A DNA stretch of 64,000 nt, from contig CALMGM010000005.1 of assembly GCA_937863685.1 (NCBI GenBank), positions 1,012,217-1,076,216 on the forward strand. Reading direction: 5' to 3'. The notes under the pieces were generated by a model that did not search any database, had not been told where the DNA came from, and worked only from the letters and a program-made list of their open reading frames with translations. The stretch's first letter is position 1. The number at the start of each line of letters is the position of its first letter. Position numbers and translations under genes: made by a program. Origin of the DNA: an uncultured bacterium. GTDB taxonomy: Bacteria; Edwardsbacteria; AC1; EtOH8. Positions 17,108-26,776 of the stretch are shown in pieces.

Positions 17108-17476
17108 CTATTTTGGTATCTCAGACATTTTTTTATAACAATCTTCACATAGTACGATATAAGGACCAGTTTTCGTTACCCAGCAAAGTTTCATCGATTC
17201 AATGTCATTATTGCATCCTTTGCAATGTTCATGATCCCATGCGTCTTTCTCAAGTTGGATTTTATTGGTATCGTATTTTCCGCCTTCGTAAGGTATAAGA
17301 ACTTTGTGGCCGCCCTTGATCGGAAGCCAGCGACTTGATCCTTTGGAATTAGAAAAACTTAAAACATCCGGATTCTTCTCATGTCCTTTTGCAACAAACA
17401 TACTTAATGCATCCACGGCGGGTATCCGACTTGGAAGGAATGTCAGGTTATTAAAAGAATCGGTCTTTTCTTCCAT
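17108..17476 (-). CDS. AT-rich hypothetical protein with a C-terminal 4-Cys zinc-ribbon-like motif
   Basis: HEHCKGCNND...(19 aa)...CEDCYKK. It lies 9 nt downstream of the helicase stop. Composition is much more AT-rich than the neighbouring genes, and I recognise no family. Confidence 0.5.
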   Translation of the reverse strand: MEEKTDSFNNLTFLPSRIPAVDALSMFVAKGHEKNPDVLSFSNSKGSSRWLPIKGGHKVLIPYEGGKYDTNKIQLEKDAWDHEHCKGCNNDIESMKLCWVTKTGPYIVLCEDCYKKMSEIPK

Positions 17477-17485
17477 AATGTAATT

Positions 17486-19177
17486 TTATCCTCTCCGGCC
17501 CGGCCTTCCGCTGCCGGGTTTGTGGCTGGCGTGGGTGGTCTTGGGGGCGGTCGGCGGGCCCTGCCTGGGCTTCTGCCCGGCCTGCGCTGCCCGCGGCGGA
17601 CGCTGCCCGGAGCGCCCCTGCTGGGGCTTCCGTCCGGTGCGGCGGCGGTGTTCGCTAAGGGCCTCATGCACCGGCATCCGGGAATGGTAGGGATGATCCT
17701 CCACCACCGGGATGCTTTTGTCTAAAAGTTTCTCTATCTCCCGCACATCTTGGCGCTCCTCGGCGTCGCAGAAGGTGATGGCCGATCCCACCGCCCCGGC
17801 CCGTCCGGTCCGCCCGATACGGTGAACGTAGGACTCGGCCTGCTGGGGAACGTCAAAATTCACCACGTGGGAGATATTCTCGATATCGATCCCCCGGGAC
17901 ACGATGTCCGAGGCCACCAGAACTCTTATCGAGCCGTCCTTGAACCCGGCCAGCACCCGCTCCCGGGCTCCCTGCGACTTGTCCCCGTGGATGGCCGAGG
18001 CCGGAATGCCGTCGGCGGTCAGTTTGCGGGCCACCCGGTCGGCCCGGACCTTGGTGCGGGTGAATACCAGCGCCCGGGTGAAAAGTTCACCCGACAGCAG
18101 GTGCTTCAGCAGAGCGGGCTTGTCGTTCCGTTCCACAAAATACAGCGACTGCTCCACCGTTTCGGCGGCGGTGGTGTCGGGGGTCACCGAGACAGACACC
18201 GGGTTGTCCAGAATGCTTCCGGCCAGATGGCGGATCTCCGGGGGCATGGTGGCCGAGAAGAACAGGGTCTGCCGGCGGATGGGCACCTTGGCCACGATCC
18301 TCCGGATGTCGTTGATGAAGCCCATGTCCAGCATCCGGTCGGCCTCGTCCAGCACCAGGATCTCCACTTTGTGCAGCAGGATCAGCCTCTGGTTCATCAT
18401 GTCCAAAAGCCTGCCGGGAGTGGCCACCAGGATATCCACCCCGCCCTTCATGGCCTTCTGTTGGTGTCCCTGAAACACCCCGCCGTAGATCACGGCATAG
18501 CGCAGTCCGCTGTGGCGGCCGTAAGCGGCGAAGCTCTGGCCGATCTGGGCCGCCAGCTCCCGGGTGGGGGTGACGATCAGGGCCTTGATGTCCCGGAACT
18601 GCTGGTTCACCACCTCGGGGCGGGTCAGCTTCTGCAATATGGGCAGAGCGAAGGCGGCGGTCTTGCCGGTGCCGGTCTGGGCGCAGCCCAGAAGATCCTT
18701 TCCGGACAAGGCCAGCGGTATGGTCTGCTGCTGGATGGGAGTAGGATCGGTGTAGCCCTCCTCGTTGATGGCCTTCAGCAGGAAGGGGGCCAGCCCCAAC
18801 TGGTCGAACTTAAGCTGGGGCCCGGTGGGCGCGGCAGGTTTTTTATGAACCGGAGTTGGCCGGCTAACCGCTGCCGCCGGGTGGGGAGCAACCGTTCCTG
18901 GCCGGGCATGCGGCCTGGGATGTTCCGGTTTGCGATAGGTGGCTGTCCGGGGAGTTTCGGCCCTGGGCTGTTGATGCGGTTTGGGATGGTCGGGCCTGCG
19001 GGCTGCCGCCGGGCGGGGAAGCTGTTGGTGGAGCCGCCTGTTTTGCCCGTCGGTATGGCGGATGGTGGCCCGCTCCGGGGCATGGTGCCGGCCGGCCGGT
19101 TTATGATCGGTCTTCTCGGGCTCAGGCGTTTCTTTTTTCTTTCCCTTGAACAGGGACAAAAATTTTCTTAAGGGCAT
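17486..19177 (-). CDS. DEAD-box ATP-dependent RNA helicase (RhlE-like) with a long basic low-complexity N-terminal extension and an R/G/P-rich tail
   Basis: Q-motif region FDQLGL...PTPIQ, motif I AQTGTGKT, motif [10 protein letters not shown], motif III SAT and motif [12 protein letters not shown]. The first in-frame Met that does not overlap the upstream gene by more than 1 nt is MPLRKF at 19177. No other Met occurs before the helicase core. Confidence 0.9.
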   Translation of the reverse strand: MPLRKFLSLFKGKKKETPEPEKTDHKPAGRHHAPERATIRHTDGQNRRLHQQLPRPAAARRPDHPKPHQQPRAETPRTATYRKPEHPRPHARPGTVAPHPAAAVSRPTPVHKKPAAPTGPQLKFDQLGLAPFLLKAINEEGYTDPTPIQQQTIPLALSGKDLLGCAQTGTGKTAAFALPILQKLTRPEVVNQQFRDIKALIVTPTRELAAQIGQSFAAYGRHSGLRYAVIYGGVFQGHQQKAMKGGVDILVATPGRLLDMMNQRLILLHKVEILVLDEADRMLDMGFINDIRRIVAKVPIRRQTLFFSATMPPEIRHLAGSILDNPVSVSVTPDTTAAETVEQSLYFVERNDKPALLKHLLSGELFTRALVFTRTKVRADRVARKLTADGIPASAIHGDKSQGARERVLAGFKDGSIRVLVASDIVSRGIDIENISHVVNFDVPQQAESYVHRIGRTGRAGAVGSAITFCDAEERQDVREIEKLLDKSIPVVEDHPYHSRMPVHEALSEHRRRTGRKPQQGRSGQRPPRAAQAGQKPRQGPPTAPKTTHASHKPGSGRPGRRG

Positions 19178-20007
19178 TAAATTTCTTTCTTTGATAGTTT
19201 GATTGGTTTTTCCAGTTTTACTCCGGGGCATTTGGTGCACTGCAGGCAGCGGATGCAGTCGGCCGAGACCGGATCCTTGGTGATGTCCATATCCACCGGG
19301 CACAGCTTTTTGCAGTCCACCTTTTCCGACGTTTCGTACTGATCCACTTTTATCTGCAGCAGGGAGACCCGGCTGAACATTCCGAAGATGCCCCCCAGCG
19401 GACAGATATAGCGGCAGAACGGCCTTTTGATGTAAACGGCGGCGGCGATGGTCAGGGCCAAGAGGAAGATCTTCAGCCAGAACAGCCAGCCCAGCATCGA
19501 CAGTTCGGTGGCGAATCTGCCCAGTACCTTCACCTTGATCAAGGCGGTCAGGACAATCGGGATCCCGGCCTCAAGAGTTCCCACCGGGCAGAGCTTGGAG
19601 AACCAGGGTTCGTGGGTCAGCGCCGGGATGATGATGGCCACCCCGAACAGCGATACATAGCGCCCCCAGCCCAGCCAGGAGGGCGGATCGAATTTCTTCC
19701 GCCTGATCTTTGCCAGAATGTCCTGAAACAGCCCGAAGGGGCAGAGATATCCGCAGGCCCAGCGGCCCACCAGCGCCCCGATCAGGAATAGGATACCCAG
19801 CAGGAAGAAGGGGAAGATCCCGATGATCACGAAGTGCTGCAGGGTTCCGATGGGGCAGGCGAACACCGACAAGGGGCAGGCATAGCAGGTCAGGGTCGGG
19901 CAGGGCAGATATTTCAGGACCGGCGCCAGGAAATACGAAAAAGTGAAAATGGTGGCCGCTATCTGAACATAGAGCCGTTTGGTTCTGGTGGTGAGTTTGC
20001 TGAACAT
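19177..20007 (-). CDS. Integral-membrane 4Fe-4S binding protein (NapH/polyferredoxin-like)
   Basis: Repeated membrane-embedded CxxCP motifs ([40 protein letters not shown]) plus a C-terminal ferredoxin motif [13 protein letters not shown] chose the start at MFSKL (20007) because the longer ORF-track version translates an intergenic hairpin repeat. Confidence 0.75.
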   Translation of the reverse strand: MFSKLTTRTKRLYVQIAATIFTFSYFLAPVLKYLPCPTLTCYACPLSVFACPIGTLQHFVIIGIFPFFLLGILFLIGALVGRWACGYLCPFGLFQDILAKIRRKKFDPPSWLGWGRYVSLFGVAIIIPALTHEPWFSKLCPVGTLEAGIPIVLTALIKVKVLGRFATELSMLGWLFWLKIFLLALTIAAAVYIKRPFCRYICPLGGIFGMFSRVSLLQIKVDQYETSEKVDCKKLCPVDMDITKDPVSADCIRCLQCTKCPGVKLEKPIKLSKKEI

Positions 20008-20076
20008 AGTGTAATGATAAGGGATAGCGGCGATTTTGTCAATCAGCAAATAGGTCGGGTTGAGCGGGTCCGTTGA

Positions 20077-20125
20077 CCTCACCCTTCCCTCTCCTAATGC
20101 TTTAGGAGAGGGGTAGGGGAGAGGT
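20077..20125. repeat. CT-rich / GA-rich palindromic intergenic element
   Basis: cctcacccttccctctcctaa-tgc-ttaggagaggggtaggggagaggtc, with the perfect inner stem ccctctcctaa/ttaggagaggg. The architecture matches the copy at 43961-44008. Confidence 0.6.
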
Positions 20126-20165
20126 CGTATAAAAACCGATAACAGACACACGATTACAGCTTTTA

Positions 20166-20732
20166 TCAACCATTCCGGCCATACCTGTTATGAAAGGCGA
20201 ATTCCTCCGGAGGCTTCCGGGGAGGACGTTCCTTCTCTCCCTTGGCCTGGTCGGGGCTGAGCTTGGGACCTATCTTCTCCGAATGTTTTCCCACATTGAT
20301 CAGGGTGATCACGGTCATCTCGGCTGGTATCGCTAAAATCTCTTTAACCTTTTCCGGATCGAACCCGGCGACGGGATGGGCCACCAGCCCCAGCTCGGTG
20401 GCCCGCAGGATCAGATGGGCGGCGGCCATGCCGGTATCGAACAAAAAGTACTCCCGGCCGTCCTTCAGGACGCAGTCGTCCTCCCTTTTGGCGGCCACGG
20501 CCACGATCATCGAGGCATCATAAGCCCATTCGTTCCCTTTGGAAAGGGCGCTGTGCATCTTGTTTAACATCCCCGGTTCATAAACGAAGACCAAGCGCCA
20601 GGGCTGCTTGTTGAAGCAGGAGGCGGCCAGGCCGGCGGCATTGCTCAGTTCATTTATCAGCTCAGCGGTGATGGCCACCGGATCGAACGACCGGTAGGCC
20701 CGACGGGTTTGGATGGCGGTTTTTACGTCCAT
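20166..20732 (-). CDS. Nitroreductase family protein
   Basis: MDVKTAIQTRRAYRSFDP....EL...L.AA..A.S..N.QPWR..FV is the typical nitroreductase N-terminus. Start taken at M31 (20732). Confidence 0.85.
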   Translation of the reverse strand: MDVKTAIQTRRAYRSFDPVAITAELINELSNAAGLAASCFNKQPWRLVFVYEPGMLNKMHSALSKGNEWAYDASMIVAVAAKREDDCVLKDGREYFLFDTGMAAAHLILRATELGLVAHPVAGFDPEKVKEILAIPAEMTVITLINVGKHSEKIGPKLSPDQAKGEKERPPRKPPEEFAFHNRYGRNG

Positions 20733-20830
20733 GGTTAAGTTTCCTTTCCTTAAGGGTGTAAATCCACGATATTGATAGTCATAATATACCGCCGATAGGA
20801 TTGTTTTGCAAGACAGCAGCATGTTTTTTA

Positions 20831-20859
20831 TTGACAGGGCCCGGCGCTTGCTATAGAAT
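20831..20859 (+). promoter_or_regulatory. Sigma70-type promoter candidate for the permease gene
   Basis: TTGACA (20831-20836), a 17-nt spacer, then TAGAAT (20854-20859). Confidence 0.5.
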
Positions 20860-20934
20860 TACCAAAATCGGTCTGAGTTGCACACCATGAAAAGAGAGCT
20901 CGTCGAGCCTGTGAAATAACAATAGGAGTACAAA

Positions 20935-22530
20935 ATGTCCATCTGGCAACTGCTGCTGACCCTGCTGCCCATAGCCGTCATCCTGGTGATGCTGATAGCC
21001 TTCCGGCGCCCGGCCGACCAGAGCGGCCTGGCCGGCTGGCTGGCCATATCTCTGGCGGCCTTCTTCTTTTTTCACACTTCGGCCGAGGTCATCCTGCGCT
21101 CCACCGGAGCCGGCATAGTGCGCTCTCTCTCGGTCTCGCTGATAGTGGCCACCTCGCTGCTGCAGATGGCGGTGATGGAAAAGACCGGGGCTCTCAAGCG
21201 CATCATCATATTCATCAAAACCCTGGCCGGAGGCGATAGGGCGGTGCAGATCATGATGATCAACATCGGCTTCGGCACGCTGATGGTGGCGGTGGGGGCC
21301 ACCCCGGTATCCATCCTGCCGCCCATCTTGCTGGCCATGGGCTATTCATCGTACGTGGCCATCGCCCTGCCCTCCATCGGCTACGACTCCCTGTGCACCT
21401 ACGCCCTGCTGGGGGCGCCCATCGTGGTGTTTGTGGACATCGCCAACAGTTTTCTGGGCAAGGGCCACGAGATCGGGCTGAGGCAGGCCGGCCAGGTGTT
21501 CTACATGTTCCTGCCGCTGGTCTCCACCATGATCGGATTCTGCATGCTGTGGATTGTGGGCAAGTGGCAGGCGGTGCGGCAGGGCTGGCTGCCCTGCCTG
21601 ATTACCGGCGGAGTGATAGGGCTGGTGGCCTACTTCACCAACCGTTTCGAGAACCTGGTGGTACTGACAGGGGTGCTGTGCGGGCTGGCGGTGATCGCGG
21701 CCATGGCCCTGTACCTTAAAGCCTCCGGCAATAAGATCATCGACCGCAGCCTGCTCAATTCCGAGGAGCTGGATTTCGAAAAGACCTATCCCCTGTGGAA
21801 GGCCTTCTCTCCCTGGCTGATCCTGATCATCCTGATCCTGGCCCTGAACATCCCCAAGGACAGCTTCAATTTCCTGTACCGCACCCTCAGGCTGCCGATC
21901 AACGGTCTGGCCGCCGACGGCAAGCCCCTGGACACCCGGGCCCTGTGGCAAGCCTACACCTGGATATTGGCCAGCACCGTTCTGGCCCTGCCGTTCCTCA
22001 AACCGACCCGGTCGCAGTATCGGGAGACACTGGCCGTCTGGCTCAAGCGGGCTCCCCGGCCGGTGTTCGCCGCCGCCATCTTCTTTGCCATCGGCGAGAT
22101 CATGAACATGTCGGGCTATGATATGGCCCTGAAGCAGTTCGCCGTGCCCAGCATGATCCGGGTGCTGGCCGACTACTCCACTCAGATATTCGGCGGGGCC
22201 TACGGCGCGGTAGTTTCCTTTATCGGGCTGTTCGGCGGGTTCCTGACCGGCAGCGAGGCCTCGGCCATCGCCATGTTCGCCAAGTACACCATGACCACCG
22301 CCCAGAACCTGGGCCTGTCGCTGAAGGGGCTGATCATCATCACCGCCGGGCTGGCCTTCGGCGGCGGCCTGGCCAGCGTGGTGTCGCCGGCCAAACTGCA
22401 GAACGCGGCGGCTTCCATCGACAAGATAGGGGAAGAGACCAAGGTCATCAAGATAGCTTTCGTGTTTTCGCTGATACTGACCGCGGTCACCGCTGTGTTC
22501 GTGGTGGTGCTGTTGAGGTTCTACGGATAG
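20935..22530 (+). CDS. lctP: L-lactate permease (LctP) family transporter
   Basis: 531 aa and polytopic. The N-terminal pattern W..LL.LLPI..IL..L and the GFGT....VGATPV segment resemble the LctP/GlcA family. The call is made by eye. Confidence 0.7.
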   Translation: MSIWQLLLTLLPIAVILVMLIAFRRPADQSGLAGWLAISLAAFFFFHTSAEVILRSTGAGIVRSLSVSLIVATSLLQMAVMEKTGALKRIIIFIKTLAGGDRAVQIMMINIGFGTLMVAVGATPVSILPPILLAMGYSSYVAIALPSIGYDSLCTYALLGAPIVVFVDIANSFLGKGHEIGLRQAGQVFYMFLPLVSTMIGFCMLWIVGKWQAVRQGWLPCLITGGVIGLVAYFTNRFENLVVLTGVLCGLAVIAAMALYLKASGNKIIDRSLLNSEELDFEKTYPLWKAFSPWLILIILILALNIPKDSFNFLYRTLRLPINGLAADGKPLDTRALWQAYTWILASTVLALPFLKPTRSQYRETLAVWLKRAPRPVFAAAIFFAIGEIMNMSGYDMALKQFAVPSMIRVLADYSTQIFGGAYGAVVSFIGLFGGFLTGSEASAIAMFAKYTMTTAQNLGLSLKGLIIITAGLAFGGGLASVVSPAKLQNAAASIDKIGEETKVIKIAFVFSLILTAVTAVFVVVLLRFYG

Positions 22531-22569
22531 AACCACAGGATCCATAATTTAGCTGTATTTGGCAATAAT

Positions 22570-22599
22570 AAAAGCCCTCCCGTTTTCGGGAGGGCTTTT
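22570..22599. terminator. Bidirectional rho-independent terminator
   Basis: aaaagccctcccg-tttt-cgggagggctttt, a 13-bp stem between convergent genes. Confidence 0.7.
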
Positions 22600-22681
22600 A
22601 TTGTTTCCGTCTATCTTGATTATCCAATGCGATCAAAAGCATCAGCGGCAACCGACGGCGCAAAATGGAGGGTACGCAGAG

Positions 22682-23182
22682 TTATTTATTCAACACATAT
22701 TTAAGATTGCTGACCGAGATCACGTCGCTGATACACTCCACGAATCGGATATTCTCATGGCTGGGGCTGGCCAGGGCGTTCCGGATCATGATGGCGGCGA
22801 AACCTTCGTCCTGAGCCCCCCGGTAGGTCGACAGCACGCAGTACTCGGCCCGGAACCCGGCCAGGAAAATAGTGTCCACCCCAAGATCCTTGAGGACCTG
22901 GTACAGCTTGGTCTGATGGAACGAATTGCCGTGCTCCTTTTGGACGTGGATATCGGCGGGCAATATCTTCAGGCCCTCCGGTGTATCGTACCCCGGGTTC
23001 CCGGGCGCCAAGCCGTCCTTGGGCGAAAAATGCTGAACGCATACCACCGGCAGGTTCCGCTCCCGGAACAACTCTATGGCGCTGTTTATGTAGGCCTTGG
23101 TCTGTTCCAGCGACTGGACGGTCTGGGGGTCGCCGGAGAGGAACGCCTTCTGATAATCTATCACCAGCAGGGCCGGTTTCAT
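22682..23182 (-). CDS. Isochorismatase-family cysteine hydrolase
   Basis: MKPALLVIDYQKAF, a K-containing middle motif and the catalytic Cys context FLAGFRAEYCVLST. Confidence 0.8.
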   Translation of the reverse strand: MKPALLVIDYQKAFLSGDPQTVQSLEQTKAYINSAIELFRERNLPVVCVQHFSPKDGLAPGNPGYDTPEGLKILPADIHVQKEHGNSFHQTKLYQVLKDLGVDTIFLAGFRAEYCVLSTYRGAQDEGFAAIMIRNALASPSHENIRFVECISDVISVSNLKYVLNK

Positions 23183-23199
23183 CTTAAGTTCCTTTCTGC

Positions 23200-25362
23200 T
23201 TAAAAGTAGAGCAGGTATTTGGCCTTGACGGCGCTGATGGTGTACTGGGGCTGCATGAAGCCGTTAAGATCCTGGGCCTGGTAATCGTTGAGGGCGATAT
23301 AGATCCAGCTCTTGGGGGCGAAGTTCCAGGAGAACAGGGCTCCCATCCGGCTGGATAGGTGCTGGGACGAGGTCAATTCGGTCTGGGGGGCCATAAACAC
23401 CATCTCATTGAAAGCCGAAAGGGTCATGGTGGGTGTGATCCGGAAGTCCATTCTGGGGCGGATGACCGACCAGCTGGCCAGGATGCTGTTGGTGGTGTCC
23501 CATTCCATCCACAGGTTGGTAAGCAGGGTCATGCTCAGCGGCGAGATGAATGAATAACTGGCCACCATGTAGTTGGAGCCGTTGTAAGCCAGGTAGCCCC
23601 GGTTGTAATTATATTCGTAGGCATAGCGGCAGCCGGCGTTAAAATTATTGCCGAACAACAGGCTCCAGGCACTCAGATTGAGACTGCGGAACAGGTAGTT
23701 GGTTTCGGCCTCGTATCCCCGGCCGGCGTTCAGTTCCAGGCTTCCGCCCCAATTGCGGCGGAAGGCGGGGTTTATGATCAAAGACCCGATCTTAGACCAT
23801 TGGCTGCTGCCAGGCTGTTTCTCCAAGGTTCCTCCCAGATTGATTACCAAGTTGCGCAGAGCGCCCTGACGGTAGGTCCAGTATGGCCCGCTGCCCAGGC
23901 TCAGCTTGCGTCGGCCTGACCAAGGCACGAAGCCTATGTCCGAGACGTCGAAAGAATCGTCCACCATTTCGACGGCGGCCATGGTCAGCAGCGGTCCGGT
24001 GAATCCCCGGAATCCGGCGGTGCCGGCCCAGCCTCTTTTCCCGTTGCGGTCCGAGAAGGCACTCTGCATTATCATCTGGTTTGGCCCTTTTCGCAGCACT
24101 GCTTCCAAAGCGGCGGAATAGTTGTAATTGGTGCTGTTGACGGATGTCCCGCTGGCCAGCACCCCGATCTCGGAGTTGGCCAGTATCCGTCGCCTGGCCC
24201 GTAGGGCGCCGAAACGGCGCTGGGGCTCGGCGATACCCAAATGATCGTCGGAATACTCATCGGTCATGGCCGAAAGCACCCCCAGATTCCAATTCGAGGT
24301 CTTATGGGTCAGTTTGGCGCCGCCCATTATCTGGACCGCTTCGCCGCCGATAGAACGGCCCACCGTCCGGGAGTAAAAGATATTCAGCGGAGAGAACCAA
24401 TCCCCATCGCCGAAGCTGGAAAGCCGGAAGACATCCTGGCCGTCTACAAAGAACGGCCGCTGCTCCTGGAGATAGCGGGGGTAACGGGAGAGGTTCAAAG
24501 AGAACTGATCGGACTCGATCTGGGCAAAGTCGGGATAGGCGGTGGCGTTCAGGGTGGTCTGCGGGGTCATGTCCCATTTCATTGTCATGCTTCCGCTGGG
24601 TTTGGCCTCGTTCTTAAGGCCGGCGAACTTGTCGTTGCGCATAAATCCCTCGGGATAAATCTCAAAGTAATAGCCCGATGAGCGGGGCTCTATCCCGGCC
24701 AGCTTTCCCCAACTGGAGATCAGGTCATTGTTCCTCTGCGGCACCGGAACCCAATAATCATCCTCAAAATTGCCGGCAATGTGCCGCTTTAATTGCATAC
24801 CCCACTCCGAAAGGCCTTTTTTATAGCGGATGGTCTTGAACGGTATCTTGAACTCCACATCCATCCGGTCGGGGTGGACCTTTACTGCCTGGTACCAGAC
24901 TCCTTCCCAGGCCAGGTCCAAGTTGCGACCGTCGTCGGTGTACATCCCGTCCCAGAACAGACCGCTGGCATACTGCCAGAAGATATAACCGCCGGTCCGG
25001 CTGCCCATGGGATCTATCCCGATGGTCACATAATCTTCATCCTTAGTATAGCTTTTGGTGGGGGGATTTTTCTGCGAATAACAACGGAAGGCGACATACA
25101 GGTTCTCGTAGTCCTGCATCAAATAGACCACAGTCCGTTCGCTAGGCTGGGCGTTCTCATAGGGCTGGTTCTGGATGAAGTCACTGACAGAATCGGCTTG
25201 CTGCCAGATCTCCTCGATGAATCCGTCTATCTCGGGAGCAAATATCGTCCGCTTTACCGAGATGGATTTCTCCATAACCGTCTCTTGGGACAACAGGACG
25301 GAGGGGGCTGTCAGCAGAATGGAAATGGCAGCCAATACTCTCAAGTATAAAATTTGTTTCAT
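23200..25362 (-). CDS. CBM9-like domain / DUF5916 outer-membrane protein
   Basis: A signal peptide is followed by an N-terminal APEIDGFIEEIWQQAD...F.Q..P segment typical of CBM9-like modules. A long beta-rich body ends in KYLLYF (aromatic C-terminus). Confidence 0.65.
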   Translation of the reverse strand: MKQILYLRVLAAISILLTAPSVLLSQETVMEKSISVKRTIFAPEIDGFIEEIWQQADSVSDFIQNQPYENAQPSERTVVYLMQDYENLYVAFRCYSQKNPPTKSYTKDEDYVTIGIDPMGSRTGGYIFWQYASGLFWDGMYTDDGRNLDLAWEGVWYQAVKVHPDRMDVEFKIPFKTIRYKKGLSEWGMQLKRHIAGNFEDDYWVPVPQRNNDLISSWGKLAGIEPRSSGYYFEIYPEGFMRNDKFAGLKNEAKPSGSMTMKWDMTPQTTLNATAYPDFAQIESDQFSLNLSRYPRYLQEQRPFFVDGQDVFRLSSFGDGDWFSPLNIFYSRTVGRSIGGEAVQIMGGAKLTHKTSNWNLGVLSAMTDEYSDDHLGIAEPQRRFGALRARRRILANSEIGVLASGTSVNSTNYNYSAALEAVLRKGPNQMIMQSAFSDRNGKRGWAGTAGFRGFTGPLLTMAAVEMVDDSFDVSDIGFVPWSGRRKLSLGSGPYWTYRQGALRNLVINLGGTLEKQPGSSQWSKIGSLIINPAFRRNWGGSLELNAGRGYEAETNYLFRSLNLSAWSLLFGNNFNAGCRYAYEYNYNRGYLAYNGSNYMVASYSFISPLSMTLLTNLWMEWDTTNSILASWSVIRPRMDFRITPTMTLSAFNEMVFMAPQTELTSSQHLSSRMGALFSWNFAPKSWIYIALNDYQAQDLNGFMQPQYTISAVKAKYLLYF

Positions 25363-25426
25363 GGAGGTTCTCCTGAAGATAAATTTTGTTAGGATTTGTA
25401 TTTGCGGTTATTGGCATGAACGATAA

Positions 25427-25789
25427 TCAACGGACCAGGGCCGTGAGATTTGAGCGGGCCATGATCAGGGCATCAGAATTATTTTTTCCGGTATAGGATA
25501 TTTTAGGCTGGCTTATATTTTCAGCTTTGGCCAAACGGCAAAATTCTTTGACCAAAAAGCTGCTGACATTTTTAAGGGTTTTCAGCGCCAGGCGTTCGAC
25601 GCCTGTCATCTTTTTGTTGTCGTAAGACGTATTGTTGCATGGTATTGAGCAACCTCCCCTTTCGCTTATTAGCGCGATAGGGGTGGTTTCGGTTGTTTTG
25701 GAAAAAATTATTTGTTCGGTGATAGACATTGCATTGCAGGCAAGCACCAGCCCAATCAGGGCGGCGGTTGTTAACAGGATCTTTTTCAT
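25427..25789 (-). CDS. Small hypothetical lipoprotein/secreted protein
   Basis: MKKILLTTAALIGLVLAC lipobox-like N-terminus. No motifs are recognised. The gene lies downstream of the second copy of the TetR palindrome. Confidence 0.5.
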   Translation of the reverse strand: MKKILLTTAALIGLVLACNAMSITEQIIFSKTTETTPIALISERGGCSIPCNNTSYDNKKMTGVERLALKTLKNVSSFLVKEFCRLAKAENISQPKISYTGKNNSDALIMARSNLTALVR

Positions 25790-25831
25790 AGTAACCTCAC
25801 TTTTTAAGGGTTAATTTATTTTGACGAACGG

Positions 25832-25843
25832 ACAAACGTTTGT
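25832..25843. promoter_or_regulatory. Perfect 12-bp palindrome ACAAACGTTTGT (candidate TetR operator 2)
   Basis: Located 43 nt upstream of the start codon at 25789. It shares an 11-nt block, CAAACGTTTGT, with the site at 26662-26672. Confidence 0.5.
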
Positions 25844-25952
25844 TTAGCATGAGTTTAAAAAATATAGCCTTTTCAGGCAGGGGCTCAATATAAGTGTCGA
25901 TAATATTTTATTTCTAAGTATATATACGTGGAAGACGTTGGCTTTGTTTCAC

Positions 25953-26642
25953 CTATTTGGGTCCGTATTTCATTTTGTCCTTCTGGGTGGCATAAATAAC
26001 GCCGTGAAAATATTGGTGAACCAACAGATCTACGTATCTTTGATAAAAGAGATCGTCGAATTCAATATGTTTCAGTTCCTTTTTATCTCCTTCGACACAA
26101 GCTTCGGCTGTCTTTTTATTTTTTTCCAATTCATAACGATATTGAAAGTGGTTCTTGATCATGCCCCCCAGAAAACCGTTGTAGATACTGGCATGGACGG
26201 GATCCTTCAGTTCAACCCCCATTTGGAGGAACAACTCAAGCATCAGGTCACTGTACATTTTACTCCACTTTTCCTTGAGTCCTTTAAGTTCAGGGATATC
26301 CAGAACCGCGGAATTAAAAAAGATCAGGGCTTCGGTGGTATTCTCCCGGAAGAATTGCACCACATTGGCCACCAGATTGCGCACCCGCTCCTCGGGTGGG
26401 GTGCTGTTGTCGCCGGCCGAGGCCTGGGCGTGGTAATACTTGCCAAAGGCATCCTCCAGGATATCCTTTAAGATCCCGGATTTGCCACCGAAGTAATAGT
26501 TGATCATGGCAATGTTCACCCCGGCCTCCTTGGCTATCTCGCGGACCCCTATGGCAGAATATCCTTTATTTACGAACAGGGCGGCTGCGGCTTCAAAGAT
26601 GCGCCTCTTGGGATCGATCTGCCCGTTATTTTTGGTGGCCAT
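25953..26642 (-). CDS. TetR/AcrR family transcriptional regulator
   Basis: N-terminal HTH RIFEAAAALFVNKGYSAIGVREIAKEAGVNIAMINYYFGGK. Confidence 0.85.
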   Translation of the reverse strand: MATKNNGQIDPKRRIFEAAAALFVNKGYSAIGVREIAKEAGVNIAMINYYFGGKSGILKDILEDAFGKYYHAQASAGDNSTPPEERVRNLVANVVQFFRENTTEALIFFNSAVLDIPELKGLKEKWSKMYSDLMLELFLQMGVELKDPVHASIYNGFLGGMIKNHFQYRYELEKNKKTAEACVEGDKKELKHIEFDDLFYQRYVDLLVHQYFHGVIYATQKDKMKYGPK

Positions 26643-26661
26643 GATGTCTCCTTTAATTAAT

Positions 26662-26671
26662 CAAACGTTTG
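26662..26671. promoter_or_regulatory. Palindrome CAAACGTTTG (candidate TetR operator 1, overlapping the predicted transcription start)
   Basis: It lies immediately downstream of the -10 box of the tetR promoter candidate and 20 nt upstream of the tetR ATG. Confidence 0.55.
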
Positions 26672-26672
26672 T

Positions 26673-26701
26673 ATTATATCATTGAATTGTCATTTTGTCA
26701 A
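26673..26701 (-). promoter_or_regulatory. Sigma70-type promoter candidate of the TetR gene
   Basis: On the minus strand: TTGACA (26701-26696), a 17-nt spacer, then TATAAT (26678-26673). Confidence 0.55.
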
Positions 26702-26776
26702 GTCCTTTTTTATAAAAAAGAGAAAATATTTTTAATAATTATTGTATTTCCTTAATTATCAATAAGATAGAAAATC

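Noticed and set aside
19177-20822. The longer ORF-track versions of the 4Fe-4S protein (to 20169) and the nitroreductase (to 20822), which would make the genes overlap.
   Set aside because: The extra N-terminal residues of the first (…PLPYPSPKALGEGRVRS…) are a translation of the palindromic repeat at 20077-20125. The family-typical N-termini begin at internal Mets (20007 and 20732).
20887-20919. 10-codon upstream ORF (MKRELVEPVK*) in the lactate-permease leader.
   Set aside because: It has no recognisable ribosome-binding site and no regulatory hairpins alternating around it. An ATG with a short frame is expected by chance in an approximately 75-nt leader.
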